A stretch of DNA of 64,000 nucleotides from a virus, in IMG/VR virus record IMGVR_UViG_3300028027_000047, positions 1 through 64,000 of that record. One strand, written 5' to 3'. Positions 38,601 through 45,926 of this stretch are shown here, piece after piece. Below the pieces are notes generated by a model, which searched no databases, had not been told where the DNA came from, and was given only the letters and a program-made list of their open reading frames with translations. The first letter of the stretch is position 1. Each line of letters opens with the position of its first letter. Both the position numbers and the translations under genes were made by a program.

Positions 38601-41360
38601 GGATCATTAGTAAAAGCAGTTCCTAAAGCACTAAAAACAATTAAGCAAATACCTACAGCAATTAAAGTTGGACAAAAATTAAAGGCTGGAAACTTTGACG
38701 ATCTAATAAATATAGGAAAGTCCACAGCAGGAAAGTCAAGGCCGTCTATAATGCAGGCAGCCGATGGATCTGTACATTACATGAAGATTATGCAGGATGT
38801 AATGGAAGGTGCATTTGAAGTAACTGGCTCTACAATAGCTAAAAGATTTAAAATGCCAAGTACCGACAACATCTTGGGCACGTGGAAGAATTTATCTGTC
38901 ATATTAAGTAAAGATTTTGCATCAAAGGGAATGAAAACACTAGAAGACGCTGGTGCGATGTTGCCACATGGATTCCTTGACATGGATTGGCTTAAAGCCA
39001 ATGCTTCAATGAAGAGCTTTGGAAAGATGAGAGCAGTTTCATCTATACTAGGCCACGGAGACATGCATCCAGGAAACCTACTGCTTAAGGGCAAAAAAAC
39101 TCTTGGAGCATTTGACTGGGGAATAATAGATAATTTAACCAACCCAGCTGAAACAGCATTAAAGGCTGGCAGCACTTTAGTTGGAAAACAAGCTTCTCAA
39201 TTTACTAAAGGATTTGCTTCTGTAAGAAAGTCAATAGCAAAGCAGGGCCCAGAAAAATTTATAGACGATATCTTAACTAAGAGCGGAATAACTGATGAGG
39301 GTCAGCTAAAGGTCCTTCGTATTGTACTTGAAAGAAATATAAAGTCATTATTAGACTTAAAGATTCCTGGCAGACTGCATAAGGGTGGAGCAGTAGGACA
39401 CAGACATGGAAGATCTGTTCCAGAAAAGAAAAATTGGTTTCAGAATTATGTTTCTAAATTAACAAAATCTCAACAGGATGCAGGAAAGATGCTCCCGTCT
39501 TTTATGAGAATGAATGGTAAAGCAGATGCTTTAGGTGCAGGGTCCATATTAAGAAATTTAGCTGGACAAGGCGAGAAAGGAGATACTTTAAATTCAATAC
39601 TTTTCCCATTAAACTTTATGGGAATGGGGTCTGCCAAATCGGCACTGGCAAAGCCGACAGCAAATGTAGCAAAACAGGCATCTTCAGTTGGTGCACCTTT
39701 AATTAGAGCGCTTAGTAAAATACCGTCTCTTGGAAAGGATCTGTTAAAGTTAGGCACCTGGAACACTTTAGGTAAAGTAAAGCCACTTCAAAGTAGTTTA
39801 TATAAAGCAATAGGCTTTAAACCAGATAGTCTAATTCGTAAGTTTAAAAATGCTTTTGACTATACATCAAAAACTGGAAAATCTTATTTTGAAGATATAA
39901 TTAATAAACCAACCCCACCGCCAAGGCGCGGCGGACCAGGTGCCCCACCAGGGCCTGTAACTGACGCCACAAGCGAGGTTGATGATTGGTTAGCAAACTT
40001 GCCTCCATCTACACTACATCCCATGCAAGCATTGGGAGAGGCCGCAGCGGCAATGAAAAATAAATTTATAAACCCAGTCATGACTCCATTAAAAAATGGA
40101 GTTGGTAAATTAACTTCAATGTTCTCAAAAGACAATATCTCACAAAAACTTTTAAAGTTTTCACCAAAAATGATATCTGATTTTCTTTACAGATACACCC
40201 CCATAGGAAGTATTCAGGCACTAAGATCAACACAAAAGATGAATATGAGCAAAACTACAGCCGACACAGGCTTAGGTCTAGACCTTTCATTAGAAGAACT
40301 TTTTAAACAAGATTTTTATCATGGAGGAAGCTTACCAGAAGACCTTTTAAATAGATTAACGCCATCTTCTAAAAATGTTTCTTTAAACGGAAACATATTT
40401 AATTTTGATTTATTTGCTACTGTAGAAAAAATAATGGCAAGAGAGTATGCAATAGGCAAAAATGCAGAAAGTGGCGGATCGTTATGGAAAACTTTATTTA
40501 GAGTCCCAGAAGACATGTCAAAGGTATGGGATATGCGAGGTGGAGCTCCTTCTCTATGGTCACAAAACAAAAAAGGTTATGCGGCTGTAGAAAAATATTT
40601 TATTGATGTTTTAAAAATGTCAAGAGAAGAAGCAAGAGAGATGCTAGCTGGAGAAAGGGTACCAGGCGTAGCAAGGCTTAGCAAAGCGTTAATAGACAGG
40701 CTATCTTTATTCCAGGGAGAACATTTAAACGAAGCATTTTCCGTAAATGGAAAAGGTGGTCCAAAATGGTTAATGGACACTATTGTTCATACTGGTGGAA
40801 AACTAACAAATTCCGACACATTCCATGCCGTTGTTGCCACTCTAGACCCAGAAAACCGTATAAAATTATTAAAAAATATATTGCCAAAAACAGAACTTAT
40901 AAAAAGCCATGGAGTTCTTGATGAATTTTTGCCTTCTACTCTTGAAAGATTTATAGAGCAGTATGCAAAATATGGAAAATCTTTTAAACCACTGCTAGAA
41001 GGAATCTGGCCAGCTAGACATAACTCAACAGCCGTTGCTACAGGCGGATATGTTAGTAATGGAAAAATTTCTATTCCTAAATTTGAAACTGGAATAAATA
41101 GTGTTCCTGTAGATATGCTTGCTATGCTTCATAAGAATGAAGCAGTAGTTCCTGCTAACATGAACCCCTTTAATCCAAACGCTAATAATGCTACAATGGG
41201 TGGAGCAACATATAATATTACAAATAACATTAATGGATTCGATGGGGATATAAATCAATTGTCAAATATAGTAACACAGAAGACTATCACAGCAATCAAG
41301 ACTCTTGATTCCCGCAATTCTAAAATGTCTGGCACATCAATGACAGTAGGAGTTAAATAA
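29682..41360 (+). CDS. Giant tape measure protein (3892 aa) with embedded enzyme/binding domains
   Basis: Follows the frameshifted chaperone. N-terminal TP901-type tape-measure core (GRQLTVGLTVPL, DFLNAVENQT) with hydrophobic segments; GG-motif-delimited inserts. Confidence 0.93.
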   Translation: MADNIITTNITAHADFTSLRAQLAAVTAQLIKLQETTAGTNAKLANQIAVMNKSFATTLTSTGQFSQHFVSLSSDVDKFGKNLDRGRLKLNDYYNAWSGHTKKTSNLIRDLAKQQVMLQQAIVQPVGKNAQGQMQYNVMVAKGLDEIKNKMAIARQEAAIMNKVMLDGSTGLINWGKNTQWAGRQLTVGLTVPLVMFGAAAQKAFREADAELVRLTKVYGGLAATSSADLAQVRKDVTATAREIAGSYGVAYKETIALAADLAATGQQGNELIAATQQTTRLAVLGEVDRQDAMKATLAIQNAFKQNTDELAQSIDFLNAVENQTSTSLADLTEAIPKAGPVIKSLGGDVKDLALYLTAMKEGGVNASEGANAIKSAMASLINPTKVATEQFAGFGIDLKGIVNSNAGDLTATILELQGALDKLNPLDKSRAIEQLFGKFQFARMSALFENLGKSGSQTLQVMDLMKASVTDLAAISDRELKMMTESASGQFKRAWASVQADLAGAGEQFLRISTKVLKVVDSIIKFFQKLPEPVKTLLNVLGGFTAIAGPLIMLAGVMGNFIGYVIKGIFHLRQLAKGGQGFKLLTPEIIAADAAAKGLATSFYSDTEATIVLSNAVNTLAESFINLEAKANAAKVSVQPAVSTVAGGVIMAAGPAGRMVDKNNPLVGAPYSRDMSHLIPSGNPQAGTIFGTVPGSKPVNIRVGRNPQAYMDSDLPKIPGLTSIGGTSTGIVAAEAAKWHAMTAAIAMQSEAELKMLKAEVMATGTVTSSLSDSYQALLPEFSQITDLAAKETAAIVQQVQQSKITVEQARARIISLNATVEAMLAETTRLTAAGMGRTANLGTVPLTSQPVVDPVTGKSNMKEMFHKGPTKAMVDRIARALGGVRTSGAGYNIETTKPKFAKGGFVPGTGDTDTYHTTAEPGSFVINKAATEKHLPLITNILGGKSYYAQEGGQVPVVLTPGEAVIPAHIAQRNMPLMYELNGGPGNTSGSGMHEFGGETAFERSHVSEASAADLKRVRATRGYANSVSVGRGIPIWMSRDANQQTRSVGSGMTGPQLAKEFRKAIAAGRHPFEPWMTAAQGLGGDPRNNAQFNKVFNEMLKNLEKDTRVFGGKNGVMTFEKWFEKEVIGSKSFKDIRVGDRSFRSIFNSVLQPMGPRDGKPIAALETLVKSRNGLTTIENSKLAGLAKGMLGTFSGSSFNASRQRLAIMMSRAFLKRNAGGSIPGGTVEKGRYGYGKPFFIGMPKTIKQVEEQRAKRVAMEKANEAVTNSRFAKTPVTQYGEMLSPTSGRSFPVPGVGGLYMKGDEKVFVKPVLDERAAVAEMRATQIAREVHGLHAPTQKVVVMRDPTDPTGRRKLLALESKFDPKIAATDAKFTTDEYFRQLVASALRGDKDLARGNLSGNILSDVGPAGVFSAASGLRGYSAVMPSVKDQAYINLLGRKGSGAKKFFAESTHQIPKGMTADEYHSRMLKEIESALPKLKQTVSRFDLNPEEKVVYEAMIKRLSDARGVNWKELHGIHSGLQMSPEKQMTPAAIAKMVAADELKRRQTGHSASLSDNAFKTDANGFRFGGLLEALTKGKAMHKIGAGFGKDSTGGWGVTSLQIGMAEKLFGSTGLTKRTQKILYDKFAAELAKEMPYGYSKNAQGHLVKALEPDIMDSVIRSAASSTLSAPEGRKVLSVIDREILRKKFANWESKKDTPLTETLKQLVFGIEKREMGGPVNAGQPYIVGEKGPELFVPRNAGGIIPNGYKAGGSIPNGFRFGGIIPMLKQLLLFFGIQQGANYAGDKVGGTSGDAIKQVGNILPYLAMGNMMNAGAGKGASVMGDKFIKARTPMFAVGSNKVLGTPQLTKYGTMLSKLTGSSNLFSKALGKSLSIFTRFNLALGTVATVGKIAWDRWQAHKEALRLNALGYGMTAEAAEKAGLKFTNFNDKIKEAINNAKALKERNTLLYESMQGSGTPIDVTIEEYKKLKKEVKTNYSDQVDLINQTVDKDPEKQAQKQRELAIRLKEQLIAMGMSAEDAAKKIYTMYALSDQSANAAAYTVRSQGFNDIKDTASAAASAIDSLTTAMATNRNATEQANQLNTAMMALSTDVESRQAKALKEARKKAAKDGTYFSSGQEKQLMLDQEKIAIDEINRQVKDQVYLTKEVVDEMAKIDPSIRQIVNEQETALSLWQKTRIQVKGYTGDLRALNAEQTNDLYNLQISLGKKVESANREGVLKKQYADLDRMLQLQAKYQKAARGQSVADQISDRDKIASLQKQIDANNKLADARLKALDAAKQEGDIGREIAKKQAEYDAALATGNIAGAQQASLDIQGYQSELQYNAQKKSIEDSNILKNVPLQKLIEAIQSKQQGISDNAQLAGEKLGDLSGKITNAESSISAINTAMLNWQIELLKQPEATRGAWKSSEASKKMLAAVADAAEKAGVKLNGLKDLDLGAAVVASLEGKLGAMSTIDVKGNVSIYVDGKKFEIGGRGSGTKDAPYDLGKAGVGTNTISKTTLADWSGLGGFGKLGTRQKVKNIAEERGILPGQFFSLTDKDEKVFVYKMDDRGQIIEVTDPYKKADGGHIRGAGTATSDSIPAYLSNGEYVIKADSVAKYGVDTFDALNAGKYAQGGPINPTPQSKHNSSFGTGTSNINVNMQGGKLMGPIEAWQDANKQVIKIEVPPITANFATNSYTLNKEQRLELQAIAKDLIKHKLASIVVQGHTDSVGKGKDNKILSQNRANAIAEYMSKFVPGTAFTPVGYGEYRPLVPNTTAENRARNRRAELFLPDKYKTIYPEFIPEKHKNFLSKGKIEGGGSIGPSGGSIGPNGTLVSGGSMESVIDWGKLFKKVKKAIGFHTGGEVGHRHGRNLPKTKSKYKTVDQYREENGIGSPNAVTPNGNTSGMQPGDKWNNRHLTESFIKLMLTSAMPGSSLLNLLPKNITNSMVDPAYSILGQPFEEIFAGSGTKGDWLNAGLTFIPFGKLGSLVKAVPKALKTIKQIPTAIKVGQKLKAGNFDDLINIGKSTAGKSRPSIMQAADGSVHYMKIMQDVMEGAFEVTGSTIAKRFKMPSTDNILGTWKNLSVILSKDFASKGMKTLEDAGAMLPHGFLDMDWLKANASMKSFGKMRAVSSILGHGDMHPGNLLLKGKKTLGAFDWGIIDNLTNPAETALKAGSTLVGKQASQFTKGFASVRKSIAKQGPEKFIDDILTKSGITDEGQLKVLRIVLERNIKSLLDLKIPGRLHKGGAVGHRHGRSVPEKKNWFQNYVSKLTKSQQDAGKMLPSFMRMNGKADALGAGSILRNLAGQGEKGDTLNSILFPLNFMGMGSAKSALAKPTANVAKQASSVGAPLIRALSKIPSLGKDLLKLGTWNTLGKVKPLQSSLYKAIGFKPDSLIRKFKNAFDYTSKTGKSYFEDIINKPTPPPRRGGPGAPPGPVTDATSEVDDWLANLPPSTLHPMQALGEAAAAMKNKFINPVMTPLKNGVGKLTSMFSKDNISQKLLKFSPKMISDFLYRYTPIGSIQALRSTQKMNMSKTTADTGLGLDLSLEELFKQDFYHGGSLPEDLLNRLTPSSKNVSLNGNIFNFDLFATVEKIMAREYAIGKNAESGGSLWKTLFRVPEDMSKVWDMRGGAPSLWSQNKKGYAAVEKYFIDVLKMSREEAREMLAGERVPGVARLSKALIDRLSLFQGEHLNEAFSVNGKGGPKWLMDTIVHTGGKLTNSDTFHAVVATLDPENRIKLLKNILPKTELIKSHGVLDEFLPSTLERFIEQYAKYGKSFKPLLEGIWPARHNSTAVATGGYVSNGKISIPKFETGINSVPVDMLAMLHKNEAVVPANMNPFNPNANNATMGGATYNITNNINGFDGDINQLSNIVTQKTITAIKTLDSRNSKMSGTSMTVGVK
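33555..34260 (+). other. Kinase-like domain 1 (HipA/PI3-PI4-kinase fold) within the tape measure protein
   Basis: GVGGLY, VFVK (Lys), AVAE (Glu), catalytic loop GDKDLARGN, DVG. Confidence 0.7.
37707..38010 (+). other. OmpA/MotB-like peptidoglycan-binding domain within the tape measure protein
   Basis: F.TNS..L...IVVQGHTDSVG...N..LSQNRANAI...GYGEYRPLVPN.T...RARNRRAE. Confidence 0.92.
38710..39360 (+). other. Kinase-like domain 2 (HipA-like) within the tape measure protein
   Basis: GKSRP...DGSVHYMK, AFE, LGHGDMHPGNLL, AFDWG. Confidence 0.8.
40311..40860 (+). other. ADP-ribosyltransferase-like domain within the tape measure protein
   Basis: FYHGG...LFAT....AREYA...GSLW...IVHTGG...HAV...DP pattern, as in polyvalent-protein ART domains. 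Confidence 0.55.
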
Positions 41361-42046
41361 TGGCACTAACCCTTCCGCTTGGATCCCTTATAACATTTGA
41401 AAACACATCGGTTACCCCTGTAGTCTGGCAGGCATTAAGCGAGCACAATAGGGCAAGTGCTACATTGGATATACAGAGAATTGAAAAAACCCAGAGAATG
41501 TCAAATGGAACATTAAGAAAGATATTTATTGCTGATAAAGACATGCTTTCAGTTAGTTGGGTAGGCTTGCCAACATATTCTTCTATGACTGTAGATGGAG
41601 CCTGGGGAGCTATGAACATTAAAGAGTTCTATGAGTCAGTTGCTGGTCAGGGTGCGTTTAATGTAAAAGTTTCTCCAAACGGAACCGCCTCAAGAGAAAA
41701 AACAATGATGATGTCATTCACATCTTGTAGTTTTACTGTTACAAAAAGAAATTTAAAAACGGGTGGAGTATTTAAAAATTCAAACATAACCGCTATATCG
41801 TATGCTGCTGGAGTAACAACATATACTGGTAGAAATAGTTTTGCAGTTGGAAATAAGATTAGCGTATCTGGAGCAACATTTGCAGCATATAACGGAGTAT
41901 TTACTATCACCGCAGCAACTCCAACATCATTTACTGTTGCAGGAACTATATCTGGAACACCTGCCTCATCAACGGCATCTGCTGTTACGGTTCTGCCAGA
42001 GGCGCAAGAATTCTGGGATGTATCTATAGCACTGGAAGAAGTTTAA
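41360..42046 (+). CDS. Distal tail protein-like, with an inserted beta domain
   Basis: Directly follows the tape measure gene; RMSNGTLRK...W and terminal WDVSIALEEV flank an ITAIS...FAVGNKI.VSG...YNG.FTI insert. Confidence 0.7.
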   Translation: MALTLPLGSLITFENTSVTPVVWQALSEHNRASATLDIQRIEKTQRMSNGTLRKIFIADKDMLSVSWVGLPTYSSMTVDGAWGAMNIKEFYESVAGQGAFNVKVSPNGTASREKTMMMSFTSCSFTVTKRNLKTGGVFKNSNITAISYAAGVTTYTGRNSFAVGNKISVSGATFAAYNGVFTITAATPTSFTVAGTISGTPASSTASAVTVLPEAQEFWDVSIALEEV

Positions 42047-45000
42047 TGATTACAGGATCACCAGGCTTACTTGGATATTTAAACACGTCACAGTCATTTA
42101 AAATGACTAATGGGTGCTTCGTAGAATATAACATGAATGATTTAATTGATGGCGTTACTATGCGTGGCCCAAATGGAACAGCCGCAAATCCTTCTGGTGA
42201 TCTTCAGGTAACAAAAACAGATGCTTATGGAAATACTTATAGACCATTTGAAAAGCTATTTCCAATAACCAGCATAATAGATCCAAGAAGACCAAAGCTG
42301 GCTGGCATTCAGTATATCATTGACGGAGACAGAAGCGTAAAGGCAAACTTAGAAAGTGGAATAGGGTCAAAGCAGTCATATGCATCGTCAAGTTCTTTTA
42401 ATAAAAGATTATACTTTTCAAGCATGCAGCTGCCATATAAATATTGGGTATCCCCATCTGTAGTGCTTAGCCCAACAGGAGATACATCTCTAACCAATTG
42501 CATATTAACTGTAGAGTACCCAATTTTAAAAACAGCGGCGGCTAATAAAATAGTTGTTAAGTTTGAAACATCACACTCAACTCCAACAGAATGGAACCTA
42601 AAAGCAACAACTAAGGACGGGGTCGAAACAACAATCTATAATGGAACATCTGCTGGGATTGTTAATGGTGTTATAAACATATACTATAACGGACTTCCAA
42701 CATGGACAACTGTTGAGGCAGATTTAGATACTCAAAAATCTATTGACATTCATAAATTAAAGCTAGAAGTAAAAAAGATAAGTGTTCCAATATCAACCAA
42801 ACCAGATACAAGCACTGCGCCTAAATTAGGATTTCTCGGAATGGTCGAGCTGTCAGCAAGATATGTTATTGATATAGGAGATAGGGTAGAGTCTTTTAAT
42901 ATATCAGCAAACTCATCTGACAAAGTTGACGGCATAGTCCCAGTCGGAGATGTAACAGCAAACTCAATGAGAATTTCAGTAAATGCATACGACAAAGGAT
43001 ATGAAAACTACGATAAGATAAATTCATTTAATAAAAATAAAATCAATTTATATAAAAATGTTATCCTTAAGCCATACGTAAGAGTTGATATGGAGATTGT
43101 AAAGCTTGGAACATTCTACATAGATTCTTATAGCGTTGATGAATTTGGCTTGGTAGACATAATGTCCTTGGACGGTGCTAGAGAACTTCAATACATAAAG
43201 CCACCAGACATAGTAACATCAGACATGTCTTCCGTTGCAATAATCAGAAGGCTCTTAGATTCAATTGGATTTACAAATTATCAATTTAATTTAGCCGATA
43301 GCGATACTTCTACTATAACTCCTTTCCACTGGTATACAGATAAAGAAAAAACTGTATGGCAGCACATACAAGATTTATGTAAAGACACACAAATGGTAGC
43401 AATATTTGATCACAATGACATCCTGCAGTTTTATCCTAGAGATAAGATATTCTCAAAAGATAATCCCATAAGAGCATCGTTTAGATATTCCCCAAAATAT
43501 TCTGGCTCCGTTACGAACCTAGCAAACATAGCTTCTTTATCTATTGACAACGTACCATCAGTAAAGGCGATTAAAATTTTATATAGCCCACAACTAAGCT
43601 CTTCTTATTTAGTAAACGCTGACAATCTTTATACTTCCCCAGTAGTAACACTGGGTGCGGCAGCATTGATGGACGAATTGCTTCCAGTAGCTCCAAAATG
43701 GAATGAAGATAAACCAGAGCTCTATGCAAAAGACGGTGTAATAAGATTACAGCCAGTAGTTATATCGGGACAAGAAAAACAATTCTATTCATTTACTGGA
43801 TACTTAGTTGTAGAAAAAGAAATTATTGAATACGATGCCATCCTGTATGAATACATACCAATTGGAGGAGAAGCCTCTGAATCTAAATGGATAACATCTG
43901 AAACCGATATTCAAAAATATCAAGGCTTGGCACAACCAAACACATTTAAGCCAACTGGCATATACAGAATAAAAGCTAGAAATGTTTTTGAAGTAGTAAA
44001 GCCTACAGACACAGCGTCATTAACCCATAACGTAGATACAGATTCACTTGCCAATGAATGGGAAGGTAGAAAGTGGACCTCAGCCGAAGGAACATTTAGC
44101 AATGTAGATCAATCTATTTTTAAATTAACAGAGACAGAAGTAAAAAGAGATGAAAAGGGCAACCCTATAAAAAATAAAGACAACCTTTTAAACTCTATAC
44201 CAAGATCAATGATGACAATCAATGCCCCACTGCACACAGAAAAAACAAATGAAGATCCATCCAAACCAAACATAATTGTACCAAACACAGTATACTCGCT
44301 AGTAACAACTAAAGAGGATGCAGAGTTTTTAGGAAATGTAACACCAACCAGCAATAACAGCTTTGCAATTGGAACTAATATGTATTTCCCGCTATTAGTT
44401 GATGAGGTATCTCAAAAGGCCACAGGAAATCAAAAAACAATATCTGGTATTGCATTTGCTTTAAGCCCAGACAATAAAAGTGGATATATGCTTACAATAG
44501 GAACTTCACAGAACGCAACAGTTGACAAAAACTATAGAGATGTTAATTTTTATAAAATAACTGCTGGCAAGCCTATCAAGATGACAACGTCTCAAAAAGA
44601 AACAGACGGCACAATTATAACCAACATTAATGGCGGAGAGCTTTATAGAATTGATATAAAGGCTAACTGGTCCATTCCAGCGAATGGAACAAAAAAAGCT
44701 TTAGCCCTTAAAATATCAATTAACAATGCTGTCATCGCAGTAATTGACACAGACCCAATAAATATAACAGAAAAAATTGGCCTGTTGTCTTTGCAAGGAG
44801 TGTCAGCATTTGACTATGTTTACACAACATCAATTTCAAAAGAAGAATTTCTTTCAAAAGATGAGTATAGTTTATACAAAGGATTTGTTGGTGGAACTTC
44901 CTCTGTAATAAAAACTTTTGGGGATTTCATATTCAATAAAGGTGAAACAACATCTACCGTTTCATGGCTAAAAGAATTTGGGCCAGTTGCAAGAGAACTA

Positions 45001-45564
45001 AGAAGAATTAAGGCAAGATACACAACGCCAGGATTTCCAAGATATACGAAGCTGGTAAATAATGAAGATGTAACGATTGTCGGGGCATCCCTTGATCCAT
45101 TTACCATGGATACGTTTGTATTAAATAACACTGGTGCGTTTACATCTCTTGCTAACGGAGAAGAAAAACAATTTATTGTTGTCGGGGACTTTATAACTCC
45201 TTCAGATCAGTTTGAATATATTAACCCAGACCTAACAGATGAGGATAAAAAGGAGCAGGTGGCGTTTGACTCTACTTGGATCCAGAGAGAGGACGAGGCA
45301 AAAGCCCTTGCAAAATGGATGACAGACCAATGGTCAAAACAGCAGAAAGTGTTATCTCTTCAAACTTTTATTAACCCTCTTTTGCAGGTCGGAGATGTTA
45401 TTGAGATATCGTATCCAGAGAATAAAATATATTCCACAGAAGATGTTGGTATACCTACAGGATATTCGGCTAGCAAATTTGTAATATTATCGTTAGACAA
45501 CACTTATGACTCTACTTCTGCACCAACCACAAGCATCGTCTGTAGATCGATTTATACTGGATGA
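42046..45564 (+). CDS. Tail tip/baseplate hub protein
   Basis: 1172 aa; LGTFYID, TVWQHIQDL and NPLLQVGDVIEI hub motifs. Confidence 0.75.
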   Translation: MITGSPGLLGYLNTSQSFKMTNGCFVEYNMNDLIDGVTMRGPNGTAANPSGDLQVTKTDAYGNTYRPFEKLFPITSIIDPRRPKLAGIQYIIDGDRSVKANLESGIGSKQSYASSSSFNKRLYFSSMQLPYKYWVSPSVVLSPTGDTSLTNCILTVEYPILKTAAANKIVVKFETSHSTPTEWNLKATTKDGVETTIYNGTSAGIVNGVINIYYNGLPTWTTVEADLDTQKSIDIHKLKLEVKKISVPISTKPDTSTAPKLGFLGMVELSARYVIDIGDRVESFNISANSSDKVDGIVPVGDVTANSMRISVNAYDKGYENYDKINSFNKNKINLYKNVILKPYVRVDMEIVKLGTFYIDSYSVDEFGLVDIMSLDGARELQYIKPPDIVTSDMSSVAIIRRLLDSIGFTNYQFNLADSDTSTITPFHWYTDKEKTVWQHIQDLCKDTQMVAIFDHNDILQFYPRDKIFSKDNPIRASFRYSPKYSGSVTNLANIASLSIDNVPSVKAIKILYSPQLSSSYLVNADNLYTSPVVTLGAAALMDELLPVAPKWNEDKPELYAKDGVIRLQPVVISGQEKQFYSFTGYLVVEKEIIEYDAILYEYIPIGGEASESKWITSETDIQKYQGLAQPNTFKPTGIYRIKARNVFEVVKPTDTASLTHNVDTDSLANEWEGRKWTSAEGTFSNVDQSIFKLTETEVKRDEKGNPIKNKDNLLNSIPRSMMTINAPLHTEKTNEDPSKPNIIVPNTVYSLVTTKEDAEFLGNVTPTSNNSFAIGTNMYFPLLVDEVSQKATGNQKTISGIAFALSPDNKSGYMLTIGTSQNATVDKNYRDVNFYKITAGKPIKMTTSQKETDGTIITNINGGELYRIDIKANWSIPANGTKKALALKISINNAVIAVIDTDPINITEKIGLLSLQGVSAFDYVYTTSISKEEFLSKDEYSLYKGFVGGTSSVIKTFGDFIFNKGETTSTVSWLKEFGPVARELRRIKARYTTPGFPRYTKLVNNEDVTIVGASLDPFTMDTFVLNNTGAFTSLANGEEKQFIVVGDFITPSDQFEYINPDLTDEDKKEQVAFDSTWIQREDEAKALAKWMTDQWSKQQKVLSLQTFINPLLQVGDVIEISYPENKIYSTEDVGIPTGYSASKFVILSLDNTYDSTSAPTTSIVCRSIYTG

Positions 45565-45566
45565 AA

Positions 45567-45575
45567 TGGTAGAAT
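45567..45575 (+). promoter_or_regulatory. Extended -10 promoter, probably leaderless
   Basis: TGGTAGAAT lies 6 nt before ATG 45582. Confidence 0.55.
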
Positions 45576-45581
45576 GTAGAT

Positions 45582-45926
45582 ATGACTAATAGACAGCCCT
45601 CCTCAGCCTCGGCAAAGCCTCAAAAGCTTTTCCTTTTCCCAGGAGACCCATTAATTAAAACACTTAAGCCAGACTACTATGTTATAGTTGACCCATATTC
45701 TTTTGAGCAGGTTGTTGTGTCTGACGGAGAAGGCGGCGAGGGCGGGGAAGTTGTAGATCCACCACCGCTACCAAATGAATTTGAGCCACCTAACCTTGAA
45801 GACATTACCTTGGTAAGCAAAAAGCTTGTTACCGATAAAAATAAAAATCAGTATATTGAATTTGTTTTTAATGTTAAAAATCACGTAGGGGATTCAGTTG
45901 TGGGGGCAAATGTATATGGACAGTAA
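45582..45926 (+). CDS. Hypothetical minor tail protein
   Basis: ORF in the tail tip module. Confidence 0.6.
   Translation: MTNRQPSSASAKPQKLFLFPGDPLIKTLKPDYYVIVDPYSFEQVVVSDGEGGEGGEVVDPPPLPNEFEPPNLEDITLVSKKLVTDKNKNQYIEFVFNVKNHVGDSVVGANVYGQ

Noticed and set aside
29682-41360. Inferring an extremely long tail from the 3892-aa length
   Set aside because: Much of the length is globular cargo, so the usual length-per-residue rule may not apply.
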